Below the pieces are notes generated by a model, which saw only the letters and a list, made by a program, of their open reading frames with translations, had not been told where the DNA came from and searched no databases. This document shows, piece after piece, positions 48,411-61,154 of a stretch of DNA of 64,000 nt. The stretch is taken from assembly GCF_036321535.1 (NCBI RefSeq), contig NC_087437.1, positions 4,526,001-4,590,000 of the forward strand. The letters run 5' to 3'. The first letter of the stretch is position 1. Each line of letters opens with the position of its first letter. The position numbers and the translations under genes were made by a program. This DNA comes from Camelus dromedarius. Lineage: Eukaryota.

Positions 48411-50290
48411 CAGCTGTCAGAGGACACTGCCCCATGAGCTGGGGCTGGCGACCTGATGGGCCAGCCTCCAGAGGCCCCTGAACACCAAGGTCCCTTTAGC
48501 AGCTCTGCTCTACAACCTGAGCTCGGGGACCCAGTGGGGAAATTCCAGGCAGGGAAGCCACTGCACAGCTCCAAGGGGATGCTTTCACAGACCACTCTGA
48601 AATCATCCCATGGACATGCGTGCTTTTAAATAGGTTATCTGTGGCCTCAAAAGAATCAGAGAACCATAAACTCAAGTGTGGAAGAGATTTCAGAAGAGAT
48701 TTCATGACCTCCTCAGTACTGACCCAATCCTTACAGTTATCAGAAATTTCTCCTCAAACCTGACCAGACCCTTCGCACTGCAAGGTCAAGACCACTACTA
48801 TCCTGGGCTATTGTGGATGAGACACAGCCCCAGCTTGGGGGCACCTGGACAGTGTGGTACCGGGCACTTTGAAGGGAGGATGCCTCAGGGCTGTGGAGCT
48901 CCTGGGGACAGGTGAGCACCTTCTGGAGAAGGGTTTCTCCTCCCTGGAAAGCCAGAGGCCTGGGTGGGGCCCAGAGGGAGGTGGAGAGAAGAGCTGCTGC
49001 TCAGGCTTGTTGCAGACCAACAAGTAATTGGCACTTTGATGTTGTCCAGACCAGTGCAACAGCCAGCGAAGGAGGAAGGGTGTCAGGCAGCCCGTCTGTC
49101 TAGGGACAAAGGCAACCTATTTGGCAGGTTCCAGCCAGAAAGCTCAGCTCGGGGTTCAGAGTGCAAAACGCAGACACATAGCTAGGCTCTTGGCAGAACC
49201 ACCAAGGGGGTCCCCTTTTGGGAAGCGTGAAGGGTGCACAGAGCTGGGCAAGGAACAGCACTACCCAAGTCCCGGCCGTTTATCCTCAATGGCTCTGATC
49301 TTAACACGTCCCTCAATTTCTGGGGCTTCACTTCCCAAGGGCTCCCTTTCCCATAGCCTCCCCTCCTATGCTCCGCATCACACTGTGCACACAGTAGGGG
49401 CTCAAGCACACAGCAGGGGCTCATAGTGGAGCATCTGCTAACATGTAGAGATGCCAGGAGGCAGCATCTTCCGTCACATCAACACACAACAGGGACAGGA
49501 CCTCAATCTGGATCAACTGCTTCAGAGACACCTAAGCAGGAAGCCCAAATGGGCCGAGGCAAGTGAGAGTCCCCAACCCAGGACCTGGCACACAGCGGCA
49601 CTGCTATGTGTTGGGAGCTCTTTCCCTTGCCGTTCACAGGGTCTGCCTCTCAGGCTGGGAGGTGTCCCACATCAGTGGCCATGCAAGGAAGACACACACT
49701 GAAACGAGCACCAACTTCAGTGCAGCCCCGGCAGTCGCCTGACCACAGACCCCCTGCACCACCCATTCTCTGGTCTTGGTTCCTCAGCTGTCTATTTGGG
49801 CTCTCAGGACCAAGAACCAGGGTTTCAAGAGAAGCAAATAGCTCATTTCTCCCAAACCAGGGCAGGAATCCTCCTCCTGCTGCCCAACAGGCAGTCCCTG
49901 GGGAGGGCAGAGGGGCAAGCCCGACGCTCTAAGCACAGCCTCTGGTCCGCAGGAGCTGACCCAGGACCTGGGACGTGGACCCAGGCACCCACTCCAGCGA
50001 CAAGGCGGCGCCCACTGGCAGGGGCGTCCAAATCCCAGCACCCACACCCTATTAATAGTGCCGGGAGCTGGAGAGAAGGCAGACGGGGGGGGAGGAAAAT
50101 AAGAGGCGGGCTCCAAAGCAGCTGCTCACAAAGTCAGAGCTGTTCCCTGTGCCTGACCTTCAGCTGCAGACCCGGGAGCCAGAGGAGCACACGGGGCGAA
50201 GGGTGGGGCGATGGCGGTGGGCGGACCCGAGGGGCGTGGCTATGGTTTCGGGGGGGGGGGGGGGGCAGCCGGGCTGCAGGGCTCTCTTAC

Positions 50291-50419
50291 CTGCCTGGCC
50301 ACCCTCCGGGCTTCCCAGTAGGGCTTCGAGTCTTCCACGGCTTTGCCAATTTTCTTCACCAGTTCATCCAGTTTCACCGTGGCTTCAACCAGAACGGAGC
50401 GGAACTTCTGACGAATGTC
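50291..50419 (-). CDS. SH3BP5: SH3BP5 most 5' coding exon in the window (probably exon 3)
   Basis: cctgcag|GACATT...AGGCAG|gtaaga on -; DIRQKFRSVLVEATVKLDELVKKIGKAVEDSKPYWEARRVARQ; followed by a 27.5-kb intron. Confidence 0.95.
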
Positions 50420-51409
50420 CTGCAGGCGGGAAATCGGGGACATGGCTCAGGCTTAGGAAGGAGCCTGCAGAAATCTGCTTGACGTAACCAGAAGTACCCA
50501 AAAGGGGCTCCACGCGGCCGACAAGCTCCTGAGTTAACACTGTGCCAGATCACGTCTGGAGGAGCACCATCCACGAGAGCCCTCCATGATCCTGGAAATG
50601 TCCTAGCACTTGCGCTGGCCAGTATGGCCAGAGCCCACATGGGGTACTGGGCACCTGAAACTGGCCAGCGAGACTGAGGAAATGAGTTTTTAACTGATTT
50701 AATTTTAATTAAGTGTATTTAAAGGTAAACAATAAGTGTGCCAGTGATTGATATATTGGACAGTGCAGGTTAGAGGAAAAGGCTCTGTCCAGGATCCTCA
50801 GGGGAAGATGTCCAGCCCAGCCGCCCCTGGCAGTTTCAGTCCATAATGAGGGCAACAGGCGCTACACTCCCGTGAAGTCCTCAGCCATGCAACGTGGTCG
50901 ACGTTAAACACTGGGGGCAGATTTCTCGCATGCCAGACCCTGTGCTGGGCCTTGGGCTTGGTCCCTGCCTGAGGACATGTGGGGTCCAGTGGGTGAGGCC
51001 GCAGTGACAGCCCATTCCAGGAGAGCCTGTGCCAGGATGGGAATGGCACAGGTGCCAGGGAACCCGGGGCAGAGAACCTCAGCAGGCCAGGGAAGGCAAG
51101 CAGGGCGGGCAGAGGGAGACTCCTGGAAAACTCCCAGGGGTACCATGTGCTCAGGAGCCTGAGGAAACAGTCCCAGAGCAGGCAGCAGAGGGATGTTCAC
51201 CGGGCAGGGAGGGAGTGGTATGGTGTTTGAGAAACTGAAGGAAGCTGGGAGCCTGGAGTGTGGAGAATGGCTAGACAGAAGGGTGGCCGTCCCTCCTGGA
51301 GAGAGCCACCAGCGCCCTGGGCCTCAGTGACCACTGGGGCTGGAAGAACAGGCAGGTGGATGATGCCAGCCTTAACCACGTTGTGAAAGTCAAGAAACCA
51401 GACCGGTGG

Positions 51410-51720
51410 GTGTCACAAGGAGGGGAAAAAATTAAAAAGAAGAAATTTATAGGCGTTTGGGATTAGGAGATACAAACTACCATATATAAATTAGATAAAC
51501 AACAAGGACCTGCTGTACAGCACAGGGAACTGTATTCAATATCTTCTAATAGTCTATAATGGAAAAGAATATGAAAAAAGATATAGATATATATATATAG
51601 ATACAGATATAGATATATAAAATATAAAACTGAACTACTGTGCTATACACCAGAGACTAACACAACATTGTAAATCAACTATACTTCAACTAAAACATAA
51701 AATAAAAATTTTTTAAAAAG
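51410..51720 (+). mobile_element. L1 3' end fragment
   Basis: agataaacaacaaggacctgctgtacagcacagggaactgtattcaa...cacaacattgtaaatcaactatacttcaa. Confidence 0.88.
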
Positions 51721-52142
51721 AACTCTAGTTCCAGGTCCAGGAGGACACATTGGAGGGCTGGCTGGTCAGGGCTTCACACACCCTATGTCCCCTCTACTCC
51801 TCTTCCCTCAGGCACTGGCCTGACAGAGCCACACCTCAGCAGGTGTGCGTGCATCTGAGACGGGAAATGGGTTCTCAGAGGAGGAGGAACAATGCATGAT
51901 CAGATCACCAGCCATGGGGCGTCCCCAAGAGCTAACAGCCACCCTGCCGGGGAAACACGTGTCTTTCACTGGCTGCCAAGGGCCTGTCTCCCACGTAACT
52001 CCCTGAAAACTATTTCCAAGCGTAAAGCTGTAGGAGCCTGTTGGGATGGCTCACGGGGGTGAGGAAGGCCCCCAGTCACTTCTCTTTTGTTGTTACTTTC
52101 ACTTATTTTTTCAGGGTTTCAAACTTTTTCTAAAGCAGAACT

Positions 52143-52290
52143 ATTTTATTGATTTTTTTTCACTTGAAGTATAGTTGGTTTACAATGCCGTGTCAATTTC
52201 TGGTGCACAGCATCATGTTTCAGTCATGCACACACATACATATGTTATTCTTCATATTCTTTTTCATTACAGGTTACTACAAGATATTCC
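52143..52290 (-). mobile_element. L1 3' end fragment
   Basis: ttgaagtatagttggtttacaatgccgtgtcaatttctggtgcacagc...aggttactacaagatatt. Confidence 0.85.
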
Positions 52291-53300
52291 CAGTCACTTC
52301 TAATTCCATCCCCCACATCACCTGGTGCCATGGGCTTTCTAGGTGGGTTTGGCAATGCCAGGTCTCCAGCGTGTGAGGAGGCGGCCTCTGTCCCGTACAG
52401 GAGTTTCTCGGCTCCTGGGCCCCATCCCTCTGCTGACGCAGGCCGTGGGCCTTCCCCACATCCCTGAGCATCCTCTGAATTTTTTCTGCCATTTCTCCTC
52501 TCCGGCCAGGTCTCCCGTCACGTGTGACGGCCTCAGTGGTGGCAGACAAAACAAAACAGGGTTCGTCCACCGGAGGAAGCGCCCAAGATGCACGAGGGCC
52601 GCCCCGGGACGAGCAAGGCCCACTGAGCTGCTGCTGGACCTGACCTCCAGGATGTGGGAGGGGGCCTGCTGTTGAAAGCTCAGTACTTTTATCAGGGAGA
52701 GGGATCCAACCCTGGCAACACCTCTTTCTGTGAGGCCCCGATCAGCTATCTTCTTTACAAATCATTCTTATGACCTCTAAAACGGTTCGTCTCCCTCTCT
52801 TAGGGAGGGTTCACACCAAGCTGAAACCCCTAACAGTTCCCGGGGAACACCATAGGTGCTCAATAAATGCACACCATTTTTTTCCCCCTCTGGCATAAAA
52901 AGAGACCATGATCCTATCAAACACCACCAACAGGGTGGCTCTGGGGCAGGGGCAGCGGACATGACAGAGGTAATGAGCTGTTACACTGCGTAGGCAGATG
53001 CATGGCAGGTGCACTCACACGCACCACTGAATCCTCACTGCCACCACCCTGCGCTGGAGGGGCGGGGGAGGCAGCACCACATCCAGACCACAGGTGGGAA
53101 AACCAGGGTCGGTGTGTGACCCAAGGCAGGTCACACCATCGCTTAGGGGCTCCTCTGGGAAATAAGAATCTGGCCCCAAACTGGTGGCCTATGGGCCAGT
53201 AGGCTGGGTGCCTCTGGCCTGTGTGCTGTGTACTAAACATCAGGAAAATCTGTCTGTTTCTTTAAAACGTGGATTCTCAAATTTCTCGTTAAGAAACCAC

Positions 53301-53436
53301 TTTTTGTGTGTTTTCCCCACCGCGGGGGGGGGGGGAGGTAATTAGGTTTATTTATTTAATGGAAGTACTGGAGATTGAACCCAGGACCTTGTGCATGCTA
53401 AGCATGCACTCTACCCCTGAGCTACAGCCTCCTCCC
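53301..53436 (-). mobile_element. Vic-1-like SINE
   Basis: ggggaggtaattaggttt...gattgaacccaggaccttgtgcatgctaagcatgcactctacccctgagcta. Confidence 0.9.
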
Positions 53437-54444
53437 TGAGACCATTTCTTTGATCAGATGATCAGGGAACATGGGGTCCTCATTCCTACCCGGCAACCAC
53501 CGGCTAGAAGGGGAGAAGACACCCCTCGAAGACCGTCCCTTCCAGCCCCCACACCCAGTGCCAGAGCCACCCTCAGCCTGCTTCGCTCACTCGGTCCCCC
53601 GCCCAGGCCCCGGAAGACTTGATTTCCCAGGAGCTATTCAGGGCACCAGTGACTATAATCCACCAACAGCCCCTACTTGAGAGGGGGATGCAGTTTCCTA
53701 CGGGGCAGACATTAAGAGATGCTCTCATTCCACCAACCAACCTTACCAGGTGGGTGCGATAGCTGTTACATTTTACAAAGAGGGAACTGAGGCACAGAGA
53801 GACGTGGTAACTTGCCCAAGGTCAGAGAGCTGGGAAATGGTAGAGCCAAGATTTAAACTAAACCCAAGCAGTAAATAAACACAGTGTAGTGATCAGTACT
53901 AAGACTTCAATATACACACTGCGCAGCAGACGCACGACTGGAAAGGCCTCCAAAGAAAGTGTCATCCAAGTCAGGCCTTGAAGGGAGGGGGATTCACCAG
54001 ACAGAGAAGGGGGCATCGACACAGAGGGACCAGCAGGAGCAAAGGGCGGGAGGGCTGGTGGGGCCGGAGGAAGGAATGGCACACGTGACAGATTGAGGTG
54101 TTTGAACTTGATCCCACGCGCAAGGGGGAGACAGGCTGGGTTTCCCACGCAAGTCTCAATTTACTTCCCAGGTGCCTGTGGTCAGAAACGCCTGCAGGAA
54201 GTGTTGTACCACGAAAAAGAGAGGTAACCATCCTTCCCTGGACAGCTCGGCTGAGAATGGAACTTTCCGAGCTGCAGTAACATCATTGCCCAACGCTGAC
54301 CAGAAGGCGATCCTACCGGGAGGAAAGGATACGGGAAAAGTGGGTGCGTGGTGGGGACGGAGGGAGGAAAGACACAGAAACCCCACCCTCCGCACGGGGT
54401 TGTTGGCAGATAAGAAGGAAAAGTAAATAATCAAGTAGTCACAC

Positions 54445-54926
54445 GGTTCACAGACATAGAAAACAAACTTATGGTTATCAGTGGGGGAAGGGGGTGGGAA
54501 GGGATAAATTGGAGTTCAAGATTTGCAGATACTAACTGCTATATATAAAACAGATAAACAACACAGGGAACTATATTCAGTATCTTGTAGTAACCTATAA
54601 TGAGAAAGAATATGAAAACAAATATATGTATGTACATGCATGACTGAAACATTATGCTGTGCACCAGAAATTGACACAACATTGTAAACTATGCTTCAAT
54701 TAAAAAAATTACATACCAAAAAAAGTAGCCACACAGCAATAAACCATAATGGAAAAGAATCTGCAAAAGAACATATATATATGTATATGTATAACTGAAT
54801 TACTTTGCTGTACACCTGCAACTAACACAATATTGTAAATCAACTCCATTTCAATATAAAAAAAAAAAGTGCGAGAGTCTCCCTAAGATAATAATCATTA
54901 AAATTTGGGGAACTCAAAAAAAAAAA
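54445..54926 (+). mobile_element. Two tandem L1 3' ends
   Basis: First copy 54445-54724 (tcacagacatagaaaacaaactt...), second about 54745-54870 (ccataatggaaaagaatctg...tgtaaatcaac), each with an A tail. Confidence 0.85.
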
Positions 54927-56873
54927 GTAGCCATTACAAAGCTACTATTCAGAGCCACAGAAATAAATGCCTAAATAATCAGCTAAAATATGTTAAACTA
55001 ATCTATTAAACTGCCTCTAGGGGAGAAAAAAATGGGGATGGGTTGGGAGGATGGGATACTAGTGAGGAGTTTTTCTGTTTATTTTGTTTTCTGCCCTTTT
55101 TTTTTAACTGTAGTAAAACTCCATGGTGGATTTTTAAGCAGAGGCATGACCGGATCAAATCTGGGTTTTACCAAAGAGTAGACTGGGGTCCTCAGGTGAG
55201 GCTGGTGGGCAGGTTCGTGACCCCTAGCCTGTTATGCGTGTGACCATCCAAGGGTACTGAACCCAAGAGACTTGATTCAACATCAGCACCTCCCTGTATT
55301 AGTGAGGCCGTGTTGCAGGGACGATGACGCACAGCTGGCTGATTTCCAACCAAGTCTCTTCATCCAGCATGCGTTAAAAGCTAAACACAGAGCCAGCCTG
55401 CCCCCTGATAGAACAGGGGGGCCTCATTCTTTTACCACTCCACAAGGGATCATCGCTACTTGAGTCACAATTCTCCATACTACTGAGGTGTGGGAGCCCA
55501 CAAACCATCTTTCCTGCCCGCCCAACTTAACAGCCCTGATTTTCCTGGGCCTCACGCCAGTCCCAGAACTGGTCCCATGCCTAGCCAATCAGACGTGGTC
55601 ACTCCTAGTCTCAGTGGTCGTTGAGAGAGGGCACGTGACCCATCAGAATCAGTAAGAGTTTGTTCCGGGACTTTTCTGAAACTGTTAGAAAGAGGAACTT
55701 TTTCCACTGAGATGGGTGAGAGGAGGGGATGAAAGCATAAGCAGGTGGGAGCCACCTTGGCACCATGAGGTAAGAGCCTGCCAGAGGCAGGGAGGGAGGG
55801 AGCAAAGGAGGAAGTCCCAAGACACTTTGAGCTTTTGGACGCAGCCATGCTTTACACTCTAGCCCAGTACTCTGCTCCCCCAGAGCAAAAACAACACACA
55901 CACAAAATCCGCCATCCCCAAACTGTCACTGTTGCTTTATGTTTTGTTTAAGCAAGTCAGAACTGGACTCCCGTCATACAGTCCATGCAGTGACAAAACG
56001 CTGTAATTAAATACAGGCAATTGCTGTCCCTGACAACAAAGCCATGTTTACAAGGAGCAGAGTCTGGGGAGCTTAATTCAACCCACCTGCATTAAGCATT
56101 TCTCTCAATCCATCTGAAAGCCAGCTTGCCACTAAACTCGTGCTTTTTGCCTTATTTCCTAGTTCCAGAAAAGACTGGACCGTGGTTCTTTGTCCCCAGC
56201 AATCATAAGCAAATGTGTCTCCCAAGATCAAAGTGGGGGCTGCTTCCGGAAGTGTCCGGGGAGGAGACAGAGCTGTTCTCCCTGCAGTATGTGCCCCGCG
56301 GAGGGAAGGCGCTCACAAGCACAAACCCATCTCGGGAGAACAAGCAGACCTCTCGCCAGTCAAAAAACAAAATAAGCCATGCACCATCCGGGGCTGTTCA
56401 CCAGCTGATTTTTTCAGATCAGCACTTAAAGGCTCCCTCTGCCTGGCTGAGGCTGCAGATCTTCAAGTCTAAAAACTGTGTCCCATCCATTAGGTGACTC
56501 AGACTGAGGGCAACTTATTCAAGCAAAGAATCGCTGAGGATGGCAGAGTCTCCCTGTTCGTGTGTTCTGTCAGTGTGTCAGAAATACAGCCCTGAATCAG
56601 ACAAGAAGCCGTGCTACACTGGACCGGCCAGTGCCTGGAAAACGGCAGGTCACCACACGGGGGACCAGCCAGTTCCCTGGCCAGTTCACTCACCTAAGCC
56701 TCAATTACCTCGCCTGTCAGCTGAGAAAGGTGGCCTGTCCCCTTCACAGAGGCGTCCCCAGAACCAAATGAGGTTAGGATGGGATGTCAGTTTTTTAAAA
56801 TAACTATCCTACCAATTAAAGGTGACACCAAACTTCCAAAGATCCTTGGATGCCATTTATAAATACACTGCCT

Positions 56874-57143
56874 GGGGAGGGTGGAGCTCAGGGGTAGAGC
56901 GTGTGCTTAGCATGCATGAGGTCCTGGGTTCCATCCCCCAACCCCCAAAAAATTAAATAAAAAACAAACAAGTAGACAGATGACTGGTTAAAGAAGTTGT
57001 GGTATATTTATACAATGGAATACTACTCAGCCATAAAAAATAATAAAATAATGCCATTTGCAGCAACACGGATGGACCTGGAGAATGTCATTCTAAGTGA
57101 GGTAAGCCAGAAAGAGAAAGAAAAGTATCATTTATATGTGGAC

Positions 57144-57178
<35 letters not shown>

Positions 57179-57597
57179 CAAAGGAACTTATTTACAGAAC
57201 AGAAACAGACTCACAGACATTGAAAACAAATTTATGGTTACCAAGGTGGGGAGGGGGTGGGAAGGGATAAATTGGGAGTTCGAGATTTGCAAACACTAAT
57301 GTATATAAAATAGATAAACAACAAGTTTATACCATATAGCACAGGGAACTATATTCAATATCTTGTAGTAACTTATGATGAAAGAGAATATGGAAACAAA
57401 TGTATGTATGTTCATGTATGAATGAAGCATTGTGCTGTGCAACAGAAATTGACACAACATTGTAAACTGATTATACTTCAATAAAAAAATATATATACAA
57501 TAAATAAATAAATAAACAAGTAAATAAATAAACCTAATTACCTCCCCAAAAAAGCTTTAAAAAATCTAAAAAATAAAAGCTATTAAACAATAAATAA
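56874..57597 (+). mobile_element. Vic-1-like SINE split by an L1 insertion
   Basis: SINE head 56874-56974, SINE tail (aacctaattacctcccc) resumes at about 57523; outer TSD ataaatacactgc at 56859-56871 and 57598-57610. Confidence 0.9.
56975..57513 (+). mobile_element. 5'-truncated L1 nested in the SINE
   Basis: gacagatgactggttaaagaagttgtggtatatttatacaatggaatactactc...; inner TSD aaacaagta at 56966-56974 and 57514-57522. Confidence 0.92.
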
Positions 57598-58702
57598 ATA
57601 AATACACTGCTTTCCACTCATAGAAAGATGTCACAGGCATGGCCTGAGCCTCACAAGGACCCTGTAAGACAGACTCCCCAGGCTCAGCAAGAGGGACAGT
57701 CCCCAGTCCCGGGGAGCCGTGCCCAAGTGGCCTGAGGTCGTCGCATGGGAGTGGCAGGGTGCAGAGCATGTATCTAGTCCTTTCATCCCATGCTGTCTTT
57801 CCCTCCACCTGTGGTTCTCAAAGTGTGGTCCAGGGAACAGGGGGACGGGAGCCAGCAGGGGAGAAGGGGTCCCCGAGACCTTGGAGTCTGCAAGACCAAA
57901 ACCACTTAACCTGCCTTTTTCACCTTCTATCCTCACAAGCATTCAGTAGAGTTTTCCAGAGACTTCTTGCTATGTGACACCACAGGACAGAATGCAGAAG
58001 CCCACACAAGACTTCGGCTCTTTTATTAAAGCCAGATGTCAAAGAGACTTGCAAAAACTTGAAAACGGCTTTCTTCTCATGATTTTTTTTTTTTTTTTTT
58101 TGGTTTGGGAAAACAGTTATTTTCGATAAGATATATTATTTCTGTTGACATGTAATTGGTTGATTACTGTCATTTTTAATACCCATGAAAGGTTTTAAAC
58201 CAACTCTATTTTCATCTCAAACATGGCAGGTGTTACAGCGGTGACCCATGAAAACAGAAGCTCTCTGAAGCGCTCAGTGAGGACAAGAGTGCCAAGAGAA
58301 CCCAGCGGGATGGCACCAACCACATCCTTCCCCTCGGGTGCCCTGCAAAGGCCCTGCTCCCAGGGGAAACCCCAGGATGTTTTCAGCGACAGCTAAGCAG
58401 GCATCCTTCCCTTCTCGGCCTTTCTTGACTCCTTCTGATTTTTCCCAAGGGGAGAGCCTCCTTCTGGGGCCAATGAGCCTTCGGAGCACCTCCAGTTCTT
58501 GCTCACGTTTCCTCATCTCCTTTTTAAGGAAGGGGGAGTTGGTCAAGCTCAGAGCCTTTCTGGGAGAAGGGAACCTGCTTAAATCTGATGAGCAAAACAA
58601 TAAATGAGCTGGAAACAGAGCAGCGTAGCTCTGAAAGTCACCAAGCTATGTCCTGAGAAATTGGGCACGTCCATACATTTCGATAAAAAATCTGCTTTGG
58701 GC

Positions 58703-58843
58703 AGGGGAGGGTACAGCTCAGTGGTAGACACGTGCTTAGGATGTGCAAGGTCCTGGGTTCAATCCCCAGTACCTCCACTAACCAAAAGAAAAAAAAAAAA
58801 ATACACACACACACACATACACAAACACACACTTAAAAAAAAT
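58703..58843 (+). mobile_element. Vic-1-like SINE with a (CA)n tract in its tail
   Basis: ggggagggtacagctcagtggtagacacgtgcttagg...ctgggttcaatccccagtacctcc; (AC)n at 58803-58832. Confidence 0.9.
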
Positions 58844-60020
58844 AGTCTGCTTTAAACAAAGTTATTTCCCTTTGACGGTTTTTCACTTATAGTCACAAAG
58901 CCCCATTTTCAAACAAACTTAAGTCAAAATGTTAATCAACGTAAAGGAAAATGTGGGGAAAACAGTACCTACAGAATCAGAAGAAGGCAAAAGTTATAAC
59001 AGAGGCAGCAGAATGGCCAGAGTATGGATGTAAAGTCTCTGTGAGAAGGAACGTTCCCTAATTCCGAGACAAAGGCACCACCAGAAACATTCCAACTTCC
59101 TGACCTGGTCTAAGGCACCTGGAATGCTTTTCGTGTTGCTACAGATCATGTTTTCTTTTCACCCATCCAACTTCTTCCTTAGGAGCACTTGCGGCAGCTA
59201 CTAAAACACACAGAGCAACCGCTTTACCAGTGCTTGGCGGAAAGGGAGCCTGGTCCCCAGTGCTGTCTGGTAGAACTTTCTACAAGCGGAGATGTTCTCT
59301 ATCCATGTAGCCCAACACTGAGGCCACTAGCCACATGAGGCTACACAAAAGCCTGAAATGTGGTTAGTGCAGCCAACTGGATTTCTTTATTAATAAAGCA
59401 TCACACAGATGCACCATGGGGCTGGGGCTGGGGCTGGGGCTGCCATCCCAGACAGCACAGGTCCAGCCCCCGGACGCTGGACTTCCCTCCAGTCTCCACG
59501 GGGAGGGATCGCGCCAGACTCCCTGCCCCACCACCCCCTCCACCCCCGGGGCGCCCACGGTGGTGGCTCTCCCAGCCCCGTGAGAAGGAGCACCAGACCA
59601 TCTGATCTCACCTCCGGGAATCCTGCAGCAGAGGCAGAAGCGGGGCCTGGGGAGCAGAGGTGGAGATGGGGGAGGGCAGGAGCTTCCGGGGAGCTGGGAC
59701 CCCCCCCCACAAGGACCATGACACTCCCCCCGCACCGCGAGGCCCCACCCCCCCTCGGTGAGTCTCATCCAACCAGGGGAGCCTGGTCAAATCAGCTCCA
59801 AAGGGATGGAGACACGTGTGGAAATGAAACAAAGGGGAGGAAACACCAGGGCCTCCAGGCTGAAAGACTCAGAATCAGGGTGGGGACCAGTGCCTAACTC
59901 CCTCCCTCCCACCTCCCCGCTTTCCCACCTCCAGCCCCGACTTCAGTGGCAGAGGCCTCCTGGGATGGCTGCCGAATCCACCTTCTGAATTCACCTTCTG
60001 CGGGGACTGTGCCACCATGG

Positions 60021-60146
60021 TTTTTTGCGGGGGAAGGGGGGGAGTAGGAAATAAGGTTTTTATTTATTTTTTAAGAGAGGCACTGGAGATTGAACCCTGG
60101 ACCTCTTACATGCTAAGCACGTGCTCTACCCCTGAGCTATACCCCT
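60021..60146 (-). mobile_element. Vic-1-like SINE
   Basis: gattgaaccctggacctcttacatgctaagcacgtgctctacccctgagctatacccc. Confidence 0.88.
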
Positions 60147-61154
60147 GCCCCACCCCACCCCAGCCACCCTGTTCCTGATACAAGACCCCCTCACAGAGGA
60201 CCGAGCGGAGCAAGCCAGAGGAGGGAGAGACAGGGACACAGGCAGAGAGACCGAGAAGGGAGGGATGATGCGGGTTCCTGAGATGAACTCTGCAATTACA
60301 CAGCCAGGTAATGACCACCCCAGCCAGGGCGCCTCTGAGGGAGGAGACACATGGTGCTGAACGACACTGTGACAACAGGTGTGACCCAGATGGTCAGGGC
60401 CAACTAAGACGTTGGGTGTCCCTGCATTCAAGGCTCTACAACACCTCCCGCTCCCTTGGCCCCCATAAAAGAGTCCTTCAGCATTTCAGGAAATCCAGCC
60501 TTTTATTTAAACTGTTTGTGTGGTCTGGGACCAAGTGCAGGGGAATCTAAGCCCCGTGTGAGCACTGCCCAGCTGCAGACCCCAGGGCAGACCTTATGCA
60601 GTGTGACAGCTTTGGGGACAAAGCCAGCCATGCTTCCTCGTCCCACAGCGCTGCACCATCTGACCCGGGTCTGAGCCACCAGAGGTCCTTTCCGCCGAGA
60701 GAGGAGGAAAGGAAAGCAGGGAAGACGGTGGTCAGCTGGGTTCCGGCTGCAAGCCTCCCTCTTCCGAGGTGAACAAGGGTCTTCGAGCTGCTTTAGGACT
60801 AGGGGGAACCACGTTCCTCCCAGGCGGAAAGGCTCCGATTCAGAACTCTGATTTGACTGCAGGGTGTCTCCAAACAAGCAGATGAGCACTCAGTCCCCCC
60901 TCCACAGCCGTCCTGCGGGATGGGACCACACAGCACCCCCTCCTGCAGCGCTGGCCAAGGTCAAGGTTCCCCAGCCATGCAGAGGCTGATTTACGGCAGT
61001 CGACAGGTCTAGGAATGAGGAGAAGGCTCTTTTCTTTAAATTTCCTCATTTAAAATAACTTCAGACTTGGAGAACATGAGGGTGAGATGCAGACGTGATG
61101 TCCCTTCACCCTGAGAGACTTCAGTGTGTGTGTCCTACAGATGAGGACGGTCTC

